A DNA stretch of 64,000 bases from an uncultured virus (IMG/VR IMGVR_UViG_3300041402_000811) (taxonomy: Duplodnaviria; Heunggongvirae; Uroviricota; Caudoviricetes). The position numbers were made by a program, and so were the translations under genes. The DNA is taken from the IMG/VR virus record IMGVR_UViG_3300041402_000811; one strand, 5' to 3'. This document shows, piece after piece, positions 1 through 8,617 of the stretch (positions within the stretch are counted from its first letter, which is position 1; every line of letters starts with the position of its first letter). Under the pieces are notes generated by a model that was given only the letters and a program-made list of their open reading frames with translations, searched no databases and was not told the origin of the DNA.

Positions 1-89
1 ATAGTGATGAACATCCATTTAGTTTACGTCTTCGTATAAGAAATTTTGAAAGTGAAACTTTATATAAAAAATTTGTAAAAAATACTGAA

Positions 90-566
90 ATGTTAGTTAG
101 AAGATGTAGTGAATATAAATTATGGACAAGCTATATTAAAGAAGTTTTACAGCAAAATTGCTGTATGATTACAAATGAAACAAATTTTGAAGTTACTGTT
201 GAAGTTCATCATCATATCCCATCAATGTTCGTTCTCGTTTCAGCATTAGTCAACCAAAAGATTGAAGAAAATATTGATTTCTGTAGCTTTGACATTGCCT
301 CCGAAGCTATAAAATTACATTTTGAAAATCGTATTGGTTATGTTTGTTTAGTTAAGACAATACATGAGAAATTTCATAATGGATATTTAACAATACCACA
401 TGAATTTATTAAAGGAAATTATAGATATTTTGTCGATAACTATACAAGATATTTAGATGAATTGGATCTTGATGAAATACATCAAAGAATGACAATAAAC
501 GAGAGTAATTGTACCTGGAGTAGAGATGAATATCCAATTCAAATTCATGGAGGAATTAATGGATAA
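90..566 (+). CDS. hypothetical protein
   Basis: 158-aa ORF whose stop overlaps the next start; no recognised motif; true start may lie elsewhere. Confidence 0.55.
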   Translation: MLVRRCSEYKLWTSYIKEVLQQNCCMITNETNFEVTVEVHHHIPSMFVLVSALVNQKIEENIDFCSFDIASEAIKLHFENRIGYVCLVKTIHEKFHNGYLTIPHEFIKGNYRYFVDNYTRYLDELDLDEIHQRMTINESNCTWSRDEYPIQIHGGING

Positions 567-967
567 TGCCATTCACTATTGATAAAGAAGCTAGAACTAG
601 AGCGAGAACAGCTATTGACTTTGAAAAGTTGAGTGATCGTCTTAAAACAAATAATAATTATTTTACGTTTCCTGATCCTAATTTAGAAACTCTTGAAAAA
701 AATATTTATTATCTTTTAAAAAATTCACAGGAAGTTGTTTTTGATAATTCGAGATATAAATATAGACCCGACTATGTAAGTTTTGATTATTATGGAACTC
801 CTGCTTTAGATAAGTTATTAATGTTTGTGAATGGAATAACAACAGTTGAAGATTTTGTTAACTTAACAGTTATTGTTATTCCTAGTTTAACTTCTATTAC
901 TTTTATGTTAAAAGATAATTTTGATCCAGGTAAAGATATTGAAGACCTGGAATCAGTGGGGTGGTAA
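566..967 (+). CDS. putative baseplate wedge protein (T4 gp53-like / LysM-like)
   Basis: RPDYVSFDYYG...LLMFVNGI pattern typical of gp53-like proteins; lies near the spike gene. Confidence 0.55.
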   Translation: MPFTIDKEARTRARTAIDFEKLSDRLKTNNNYFTFPDPNLETLEKNIYYLLKNSQEVVFDNSRYKYRPDYVSFDYYGTPALDKLLMFVNGITTVEDFVNLTVIVIPSLTSITFMLKDNFDPGKDIEDLESVGW

Positions 968-1864
968 ATGATAGTAATTAAAGATAACTTTAGATTAGTT
1001 AGTAATGTTCCCAATGTAATAAAATTATCTCCCGCTATGATTAAAAATTATACGTATGAGGAAAATAGTCCGCGTCATATTTTTGCATTTTTGGAGTTGA
1101 AGAGAAAGAGTATTCCTCATTTTACAAATAATACAATATTTAAATTAATTTCAAATAAAAAATTACGTGAAACGGTACAGGTTGTAGATCTAGAACAATA
1201 TCCTCTTCACGTTTCATATAATATTCCAACTAAAGGAATGATTACAAATTTAAATCCATTTGGTGTAAAAGAGATTTCAAGTTTAAGTGCTAATGATTTA
1301 TACGCTTGTTTGGTATATTCATATGCATTTTCAAAGTTGGTTACAAAAAAATTTAAAATATCTGAATCCTATTCTAAACATATCATTGACTTTTTACTAT
1401 CTATGTATGTTCAATTATTTGGAAGAAAGTATGGATTATTAGCAACATATTCATCTGGTATTTCAAAGTTAAAGTTTTTACTTGCTTGCTATATATATGC
1501 TGCTTTCTTTGGATATAAAAATGGAATACAATTATTTAAAACTGCATCCAGAGCAGCTCCATATTTATATAATAATGAAATAGATTTATTATTAAAATAT
1601 GACTTTAGTAAAATTGAAGATTTTGTTAAAGCTTTATCTGAAACAAAAGTTATGCCCGGTATTAATTTAATAAGATTTACAGCAACAATTCACGCTTTTA
1701 TGAAGATTGAAATGTTAGCAGCATTGGAAGATGTTTCAAGATTTTTTTCTGTTTTATTGACTTCTAATATTCCAGGAGCAAGAGTGGTTCCAACATTTAT
1801 TTCAAAATACAATGAAAGAGCTTATTTTAATATTATAGATATTATGCGAGGGATCTTTAAATGA
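968..1864 (+). CDS. hypothetical protein
   Basis: 298-aa ORF tightly packed in the structural operon. Confidence 0.6.
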   Translation: MIVIKDNFRLVSNVPNVIKLSPAMIKNYTYEENSPRHIFAFLELKRKSIPHFTNNTIFKLISNKKLRETVQVVDLEQYPLHVSYNIPTKGMITNLNPFGVKEISSLSANDLYACLVYSYAFSKLVTKKFKISESYSKHIIDFLLSMYVQLFGRKYGLLATYSSGISKLKFLLACYIYAAFFGYKNGIQLFKTASRAAPYLYNNEIDLLLKYDFSKIEDFVKALSETKVMPGINLIRFTATIHAFMKIEMLAALEDVSRFFSVLLTSNIPGARVVPTFISKYNERAYFNIIDIMRGIFK

Positions 1865-2934
1865 AAAGTAAAGAATATTTAAAACAGATACAAGAGATTA
1901 AATCTGTTAAGGTCGCTTGGGATCCAAACACTGAATCTAATCTTGCTGGATATAGAATTCATTATGGAACATCTCCAGGAAAATATAGTCAAACCATTGA
2001 TGTTGGAAATCCAATTAATAAAGAAAACACATTATGCGAGACAACAATTGATTTAGTTCCAGGAACTAAATATTTTATATCAATTTCAGCTTATGATACA
2101 AACAATAAAGAATCTGCATATTCAAAAGAAATAGTTAAAGAAATTGCTGTTGATACAGCAATCCTATATGGAGCGGTTGTTGCTACAGTTCTAATTGTAA
2201 AAGAGTTAATATTATTTTTTATATTTATAGCTCAAATAGCAGCTCAAACTAAAGTAGATAAAAGAAGATCAAAACAAATAAATGATATAATTAAAAAAAT
2301 GGGTGTTAAGAGAATAATTTCAGTTCATATAGTTCCTCATAAAGAACCAAATGCATTTACTCCTGGAGGAAAGTATATCTATATTACGTCTGGTCTTTTA
2401 AAAATGTTAACTGAAAGAGAGTCTATGGCAGTTCTTTTACATGAAGTTTATCATACTATTGATCATCATATTATTAAAAGAATGGCAACTGAATTTCCCT
2501 TATATTATATAGCAGCTCCGATAGCTATTACAGCAGCTCTATCAGTTGGATCATCAATAATATTTATATCAATAACATCTATGATTGTTTTTATTATAAC
2601 TATGTCATTTTTAAAGATTCCCTTAACACTTTTACTTTATAGAAAGCATGAGTATGATGCTGATAATTATGCTATAAAAGCTGGATACGGAAAAGAAATT
2701 GCATCCTCATTATCTAAATTAGAAAAAGCATATATTAAAGCAACACAAGGTCATAAGTGTGGAGTAATTTGTAAAGTTATTAGACGTATTGAAGAAGCAA
2801 TGGATGAGCATCCGCCAATACGTAAAAGGATTGAACAAGCATTAAAAAATGTAGAGCTTATGAAAGCTATAGCAAAAGCAAAGATATCATCTATCACTAT
2901 TATAGTAAAAAACTTTTTTGGTAAAGGAAAATAA
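1861..2934 (+). CDS. fibronectin type III domain fused to M48 (HtpX-like) membrane zinc metalloprotease
   Basis: N-terminal VAWDPNTESNLAGYRIHYG...YFISISAYD (FN3); PNAF, HEVYH, EYDADNYA and HPP motifs; hydrophobic segments. Confidence 0.75.
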   Translation: MKSKEYLKQIQEIKSVKVAWDPNTESNLAGYRIHYGTSPGKYSQTIDVGNPINKENTLCETTIDLVPGTKYFISISAYDTNNKESAYSKEIVKEIAVDTAILYGAVVATVLIVKELILFFIFIAQIAAQTKVDKRRSKQINDIIKKMGVKRIISVHIVPHKEPNAFTPGGKYIYITSGLLKMLTERESMAVLLHEVYHTIDHHIIKRMATEFPLYYIAAPIAITAALSVGSSIIFISITSMIVFIITMSFLKIPLTLLLYRKHEYDADNYAIKAGYGKEIASSLSKLEKAYIKATQGHKCGVICKVIRRIEEAMDEHPPIRKRIEQALKNVELMKAIAKAKISSITIIVKNFFGKGK

Positions 2935-3897
2935 ATGGACGATGGTGTTGTTAATAGACTGTATGGAAATTATCGTGCTGAAGTTATTGATAATAAAGAT
3001 ACAGAAAAATTTGGGAGAGTTAAAATATGGATTCCCGATTTGATGCCTGAAATAGAAAAACAAAAAGGACTGTGGGCGAGACCTGCAAATAATCCAATTG
3101 GAGGTCGAAATACAGAAGGTGATACTGAAAGTCATTATATGGGAACTTCATATATTCCAAAGAAAGGTTCATGGGTTTGGATTTTTTTCGAGACAGGTAA
3201 TATAAATAGACCTTATTATTTTGGAGCTCTTGATTTACAAAATACTAAAGTGTTACCCGAGAATCAAGTGGGAACTAACTATGAAGATAAGTGGACAATA
3301 TTTAAAAGTCATAAGGGACGAACTATCATTATCTCTGATGATCCTTATGATCGAAGAGTTGAAATAACAGGTCGTAAAATAAAATTAACTGGTAATGCTC
3401 CCACTGGTGGAATAGATTCTGTATATGAAATTGACGCAAATCAAAATACTATTCTATTAGATGAACGAAAAGATAAAGAAAAGATTTTAATTAGGACGTA
3501 TAAGGGTGACTTTATTCATATAGATATTGATGAACAAAAACTTCAAATGTATTTTAAAAACGATATTATCATAAAGACAGATGGTTCATTATATCTTGAA
3601 GCAAAAGAAGATATGCATATCAGAGCAACAACTGGTGATATAAAAGTAGAAGCTAGTTCAAAGGATGTTAATATTAAAGCTGCTGGAGATCTCAAATCAT
3701 CTGCTGGAAATAGCATACAAGAGTTATCTGGTAGAGATCATAACGTTCAAGCTTTATATAATATAAATAGACAAGCTGGTACTAATATTAATCATGATGC
3801 TGGAACTCTTGTTAATGAACAAGCAGGTGCTTCACCACCAGCAGAGCAAGGAGTATCACCGGAACCAGCAGATCCGAAAGGAGAAAGGGATACATAA
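2935..3897 (+). CDS. baseplate central spike protein (gp5/VgrG OB-fold)
   Basis: YRAEVIDNKD..KFGRVKIWIP and P..GSWVWIFFE.G....PYYFG OB-fold pattern; C-terminal beta-helix-like repeats. Confidence 0.8.
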   Translation: MDDGVVNRLYGNYRAEVIDNKDTEKFGRVKIWIPDLMPEIEKQKGLWARPANNPIGGRNTEGDTESHYMGTSYIPKKGSWVWIFFETGNINRPYYFGALDLQNTKVLPENQVGTNYEDKWTIFKSHKGRTIIISDDPYDRRVEITGRKIKLTGNAPTGGIDSVYEIDANQNTILLDERKDKEKILIRTYKGDFIHIDIDEQKLQMYFKNDIIIKTDGSLYLEAKEDMHIRATTGDIKVEASSKDVNIKAAGDLKSSAGNSIQELSGRDHNVQALYNINRQAGTNINHDAGTLVNEQAGASPPAEQGVSPEPADPKGERDT

Positions 3898-4640
3898 TGG
3901 CAATATTACCTGTTGAAAGATCAATGTGTAATAAAATGGTGTTTGATTTTACCGGATTAATTTCACCATCACAATCAATAGAAAGTATAATAAGAGGTAA
4001 ATCAAATCAGATGCAAGCTCTTTTAAATGGTTTGATTTCATCCCCACAGTCAGCAATTGATGCTGCCATATCTAATTTAACAGGCATGGTAGATAATGTA
4101 ATACCAACTGCTACATTAAGTGATATGAGAGCACTAAAAAGATTTATTGAAGAATGTGAGTATCTAAGTGGACTTTCAGCAATTGCAGCAATGTTAGGAG
4201 CATTAAACTCAATATATGATAAGATAAATGGATTCTTTGATAATATTGGTGCCACTCTTCCAGAGTTTGATATTAGTAAAATTGCCAGTATAATAAATGA
4301 TTTATTAGGCGGAAGAGGAATGAATATCTCAAATCTATTAAAAGATTTAGATAAATTACTCAACTGTATTGCATTATATTGTGGTGGAGAATATCCAAAT
4401 CAATTAACAAATATGACTACTGCACTAAATCAAACTTATTCTAATTTGAATATAACAAGTAATCCAGGAAGTTCAAGTTATGGAGATTTTGATTTTAAAA
4501 CATTATATGATGACGCAGGATTATCATTAACACAGATGGGTCAAATTGATCAAGTTACAGCAGCAGCTGATGGAGAAAAAGATAGAGCTGAATCAACAAT
4601 CAAAGATGCGATTGATATTTATAAGGAGAATTTATTATAA
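3897..4640 (+). CDS. hypothetical protein (probable virion/baseplate)
   Basis: 247-aa ORF coupled to the spike gene. Confidence 0.55.
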   Translation: MAILPVERSMCNKMVFDFTGLISPSQSIESIIRGKSNQMQALLNGLISSPQSAIDAAISNLTGMVDNVIPTATLSDMRALKRFIEECEYLSGLSAIAAMLGALNSIYDKINGFFDNIGATLPEFDISKIASIINDLLGGRGMNISNLLKDLDKLLNCIALYCGGEYPNQLTNMTTALNQTYSNLNITSNPGSSSYGDFDFKTLYDDAGLSLTQMGQIDQVTAAADGEKDRAESTIKDAIDIYKENLL

Positions 4641-5203
4641 TGAGTGATGCTAGTGATAAACTAAGAGAAATGATTGGTGATGCTGAAACTGAATCAGAGA
4701 ATTTACAAAGTAGCATATCACAAATTGATGATATTAAAGAGGATGTAACAGAACAAATTTCAGCAATTGAAGATGGTATGTGTACAGTTGCTGCAGACGA
4801 TTTAACTACATATTTAACAGATGTTAAACTTCCAGAATTTCAGGTAATTCAACCTACTGCTATTTTAAGTTTTGGTGGAGATTATGGAAGTATTGATTAT
4901 GATGATGGAAATATAACAGATTGGGAAATATATTATATGACTATTGTTATACCACCAGCAGTTTCAGTAAAAGTTGTATTATATGAATATGAAGGAACTG
5001 GTTGGGATAATGATGAAGAAATTATTAAATGGGTTGAAGATTATGATTTTGGAAATGATTATTTAACAAGACCTTTAGACTCTGGTGCAACATATGGTTT
5101 GATTCCATATAAAGAAAATTTAGATTCAGCTCTTGATATTTTAAATAATAATAAAGATAAGGTTGATGATTCAGTAGCAGCTTTAGGAGATTATGCAACA
5201 TAA
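4640..5203 (+). CDS. hypothetical acidic protein
   Basis: 187-aa ORF, translationally coupled. Confidence 0.55.
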   Translation: MSDASDKLREMIGDAETESENLQSSISQIDDIKEDVTEQISAIEDGMCTVAADDLTTYLTDVKLPEFQVIQPTAILSFGGDYGSIDYDDGNITDWEIYYMTIVIPPAVSVKVVLYEYEGTGWDNDEEIIKWVEDYDFGNDYLTRPLDSGATYGLIPYKENLDSALDILNNNKDKVDDSVAALGDYAT

Positions 5204-5221
5204 ATATTGGAGTTAAAATAA

Positions 5222-5677
5222 ATGAAAAAATATATTTTTTTAATTTTATTACTAATTATAAGTTGGAGTTGTTGGGCATGGGCAGAAAGTAAATTATATG
5301 TATTTGGAGATGCAGCAGTTCTATCTGGATTTTATGTAATCAATAAAGCAACTGGAGAAAGAATAGGTTATATTGCTGTAGGAACGAGTGGTGAATTTGA
5401 GATGACAATTGAACTAGAATTAGTTCCAGTTTATATTGCAGATGGTGATAAACCTCCGCCTGATCCTACATGGATTCCTAATAAGGAAAATGCTTTTCAA
5501 ACTAGTTGCAATACTTGTCATAGTCAGGAAACAGAAGATAAATTTGAGTTTGAAAAATGGAAAACAAAACTTGTAGATTGGACTAATGATCTTAATGCAC
5601 CAAATGATGATGGTCATAAAAAGCATATGAAGATAGAGAAACCAGTTGTTTGCACTGCATGCCATAGAAGAATTTAA
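5222..5677 (+). CDS. secreted di-heme c-type cytochrome-like protein
   Basis: signal peptide MKKYIFLILLLIISWSCWAWA; two CxxCH motifs (CNTCH, CTACH). Confidence 0.65.
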   Translation: MKKYIFLILLLIISWSCWAWAESKLYVFGDAAVLSGFYVINKATGERIGYIAVGTSGEFEMTIELELVPVYIADGDKPPPDPTWIPNKENAFQTSCNTCHSQETEDKFEFEKWKTKLVDWTNDLNAPNDDGHKKHMKIEKPVVCTACHRRI

Positions 5678-5694
5678 ATAATTAAAGGAGAATT

Positions 5695-6741
5695 ATGCCA
5701 TACAGTTCTAGATTGACAGATATATGGACAGGTATTTGCTGTTGTCATAAAAATCCTAAATGTATATCAATGAGTGGACCTGTAATAACTGGAGCACCCA
5801 AGAATAAATCTGGTAGTTTAATACAAGCATTTTTAACTTCAATGACACAAGGAACTTGTGGTCATACAGGAAAAATTATAACAGCGAGTGCTACAGTTAA
5901 AACAGCATCTCTTGGTAAAGCTAGAGTTGGAGATATTGTAACCGGTTGTAATATGGGTAAAATGATTACAGGATTACCAAAGCATAATGTTGAATCAGGC
6001 ACTTCAAATGTAATCTCAACCAAGATAACATTTCAAGATCAAATTATTGAGTTTACAGAAGTTGATTATGGAAATGTTGATGATGATGCAGATACAGATG
6101 ATGGACTAAATATATTTCCTCCAGTTACAACTAGAGCACCAACACAAGAGGAACAAGATAGATCGGATGCATTAGATGTATCTCCAATAACAGAAGTAGC
6201 AGAAGATGTAACAGCAACTAATACATCCACTCCACCAATACTATGTGATGAAGTTGGCGATGTTGCTGATCCTGATTTTCAACTATCAGCTAATTATCAA
6301 TTGAAAGAGTTATCAACAAAAGCTATTATCTCCCATGATTATGTAAGAGCACAACATAGTTTGAGTGTTGCTGATATTGTTTGTAATCTTCAAGCAGTAG
6401 CACAATTTGTACTTGAACCATTGGTAACAGCATATGGAAAAGAGAACTTTATTATAACATCAGGATTTAGATCTGGAAGTTCAATATCACAACACGAAAG
6501 AGGACAAGCTGTTGATATTCAATTTCCATTATATACAAATGAGCAAGTCTATGATGTTGCAAATATAATGAAAAATACATATGACTTTGATCAATTCATT
6601 TTGGAGTATGGAGGAAATAGACCCTGGATTCACTGCTCATTCAATCGAGCTGGTAATCGAACAAATATAGCATCTAATAAATTTGGAACTAGAATATCAC
6701 CAGGTAATTATATCTGGAGATCAATTAAATATATGACTTAA
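5695..6741 (+). CDS. PAAR-like spike-tip domain fused to peptidase M15A
   Basis: N-terminal Cys/His-rich PAAR-like region (CGHTG..ITAS..ARVGD); C-terminal ITSGFR..SQHERGQAVDI..WIHCS. Confidence 0.7.
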   Translation: MPYSSRLTDIWTGICCCHKNPKCISMSGPVITGAPKNKSGSLIQAFLTSMTQGTCGHTGKIITASATVKTASLGKARVGDIVTGCNMGKMITGLPKHNVESGTSNVISTKITFQDQIIEFTEVDYGNVDDDADTDDGLNIFPPVTTRAPTQEEQDRSDALDVSPITEVAEDVTATNTSTPPILCDEVGDVADPDFQLSANYQLKELSTKAIISHDYVRAQHSLSVADIVCNLQAVAQFVLEPLVTAYGKENFIITSGFRSGSSISQHERGQAVDIQFPLYTNEQVYDVANIMKNTYDFDQFILEYGGNRPWIHCSFNRAGNRTNIASNKFGTRISPGNYIWRSIKYMT

Positions 6742-6754
6742 GAGGTAATTAATT

Positions 6755-7273
6755 ATGAGACTGCCATTTAAAGCAGCATTATTAAATATCAGACGTGGAC
6801 CAGTAAAGTGGATTATTATTCATCATACAGCAGAATTATATGAAGCTCCTGAGACACGAATTGACAATGCTAAATTTCAATTACCCGGTATCACAAATGG
6901 TGTCTTAGAAAAATCAGCTCCAGATATAAATTACAACTATATTATTGAAAAAATCAAAGAAGATTATATTCCAATCGTGTGTCGTCCTGTTTCAAGTCTA
7001 TGTGAATGGGACGACATATCTGATGCTATAAATAAACGAGCTGTTCATATTGCATTAATGGGCAGTTATGACTTCAAAGTTCCTGAGCGAAGACTATATG
7101 AAGTTCTCTCCTATCGCTTAATAAGTCCAATGATAAAAATTTATGGACTCTCTCCATCCCGCGTCAAGTTTCATAGAGACGTATCTAATAATAAACAATT
7201 ATCTTGTCCTGGAGATTTCGCTGATCGAGGCAAATTAGAATCGACAATTAAACGTTTTATGATAACAAGATAA
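6755..7273 (+). CDS. N-acetylmuramoyl-L-alanine amidase (Amidase_2-like)
   Basis: WIIIHHTA, YNYII and FHRDV....SCPG motifs. Confidence 0.75.
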   Translation: MRLPFKAALLNIRRGPVKWIIIHHTAELYEAPETRIDNAKFQLPGITNGVLEKSAPDINYNYIIEKIKEDYIPIVCRPVSSLCEWDDISDAINKRAVHIALMGSYDFKVPERRLYEVLSYRLISPMIKIYGLSPSRVKFHRDVSNNKQLSCPGDFADRGKLESTIKRFMITR

Positions 7274-7292
7274 TTCATTTTTAAAATCACCT

Positions 7293-7310
7293 CTATATAT
7301 ATTAATAACT
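7293..7310 (+). promoter_or_regulatory. class A putative phage promoter CTATATATATTAATAACT
   Basis: near-identical intergenic motif also at 8556 and 18694. Confidence 0.6.
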
Positions 7311-7313
7311 AAT

Positions 7314-7545
7314 AGAGTGAAACTTCCCTAAAGTAATGAGCGATAGAATAAATAATGATATCTTGACTGGATGTTATTTTAACTTCTGTCCCTCAAATTC
7401 ACTCTGTCTTGTGCAGATCAAGTCCTGCTCGGAAAGGCCTCCGGGATCGGAAAGAGGACGTATATGGTGAAAGCAGTAGTTACTCATTTCTGTCTCCGCA
7501 TAGGTGAGAGAACATCCTGCTTAATCGTCCCACTTGTTCTGCACA
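7314..7545 (+). ncRNA. putative structured non-coding RNA(s): two consecutive rod-like folds
   Basis: agagtgaa(7314)/ttcactct(7405) and tgtgcaga(7410)/tctgcaca(7545) closing stems with nested helices; locally GC-richer; follows the promoter motif. Confidence 0.5.
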
Positions 7546-7574
7546 TTTCTTAATGGAAGTAATTTAAGATAAAA

Positions 7575-7584
7575 GGAACAAATA
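7575..7584 (+). promoter_or_regulatory. class B putative phage promoter (G)GAACAAATA
   Basis: related intergenic motif at about 10197, 60752 and 62027. Confidence 0.4.
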
Positions 7585-7626
7585 CATAATGAGGTATATT
7601 AATTTTTTTCTAAACTTTGAAAGGAT

Positions 7627-8553
7627 ATGAAAATGGAATTTAATTTAAAGGGTAAAAATATTCTTGTAGTTGGGGATATAATGTTAGATCATTATGTGAT
7701 GGGCGAAGTTGAAAGAATAAGCGCAGAGGCGCCAGTTCCAATAGTTCATGTAGAAAAAGAATACTCAACTCTTGGAGGTTGTGGACACGTAGCATCTAGT
7801 ATAAAAGAATTGGGTGCCAATGTTTTTTGTCTAGCTTCTATTGGTCATGATCAATATGGAAAACGAATAGTAGATTTATTGGATGAAATTCAAGCGTTTC
7901 CAATGTTAGTTATGGCATCAAAGAATACAATTGTTAAAGAAAGAGTTATTGCAAATCAAAGAAAAATACAAATGATTCGTATTGATAGAGAAACTATTCA
8001 ACCAGTTGATTCTTCATTTCCTATTGGTTTTTTAAAAGAATATGATGAAATAACATACGATATTATTGTAGTTTCTGATTATGGAAAAGGAATGATTACA
8101 AAGGATCTTATGAATTTTCTACACAAATTAGAAATACGAATAATTGTAGATCCTAAACCAAAAAATTTTAAACTATATAGTGATGTTTTTATGATAACTC
8201 CCAATGAAAAAGAATGGGAAGAGATTATTAAAATAACACTTCCAAGATCTCCCAACTCAATGAATTATATATTATTAACAGAAGGAAAGAACGGAATGAC
8301 ATTGGTAGATAATCAAGATGAATCTAAAATTAAAATACATTCTGATCCAGTCGAAGTGTATAATGTTTCAGGTGCAGGAGATACAGTAGTTTCAATTATG
8401 GCAGTCTGTTTATCTATGGGATGGAATGTGATTGATTCTGCTCATATTGCTAATAAATGTGCTGCATATGTTGTTACTCAAGTTGGAACATCTATAGTTC
8501 CAAAAGATTTATTTTTTGAAATTGTTAAAAATTATAAAAAAGGAATAATTTAA
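7627..8553 (+). CDS. rfaE: D-glycero-beta-D-manno-heptose-7-phosphate kinase (RfaE/HldE kinase domain, PfkB family)
   Basis: VVGDIMLDHY.G.VERISAEAPVP, SDYGKG, DPK, TPN..E and VSGAGDTV motifs. Confidence 0.85.
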   Translation: MKMEFNLKGKNILVVGDIMLDHYVMGEVERISAEAPVPIVHVEKEYSTLGGCGHVASSIKELGANVFCLASIGHDQYGKRIVDLLDEIQAFPMLVMASKNTIVKERVIANQRKIQMIRIDRETIQPVDSSFPIGFLKEYDEITYDIIVVSDYGKGMITKDLMNFLHKLEIRIIVDPKPKNFKLYSDVFMITPNEKEWEEIIKITLPRSPNSMNYILLTEGKNGMTLVDNQDESKIKIHSDPVEVYNVSGAGDTVVSIMAVCLSMGWNVIDSAHIANKCAAYVVTQVGTSIVPKDLFFEIVKNYKKGII

Positions 8554-8555
8554 TA

Positions 8556-8573
8556 CTATATATATTAATAATT
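8556..8573 (+). promoter_or_regulatory. class A putative phage promoter
   Basis: CTATATATATTAATAATT upstream of the GGAGG RBS of the 8618 ORF. Confidence 0.6.
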
Positions 8574-8617
8574 GAATAGTGATATTTTAACTTTAATCTT
8601 GAAAGGAGGAATTTTTA

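Noticed and set aside
7410..7545. SRP RNA, tmRNA, RNase P, hammerhead or c-di-GMP riboswitch
   Set aside because: Hallmark sequences of these families could not be matched by eye; left unassigned
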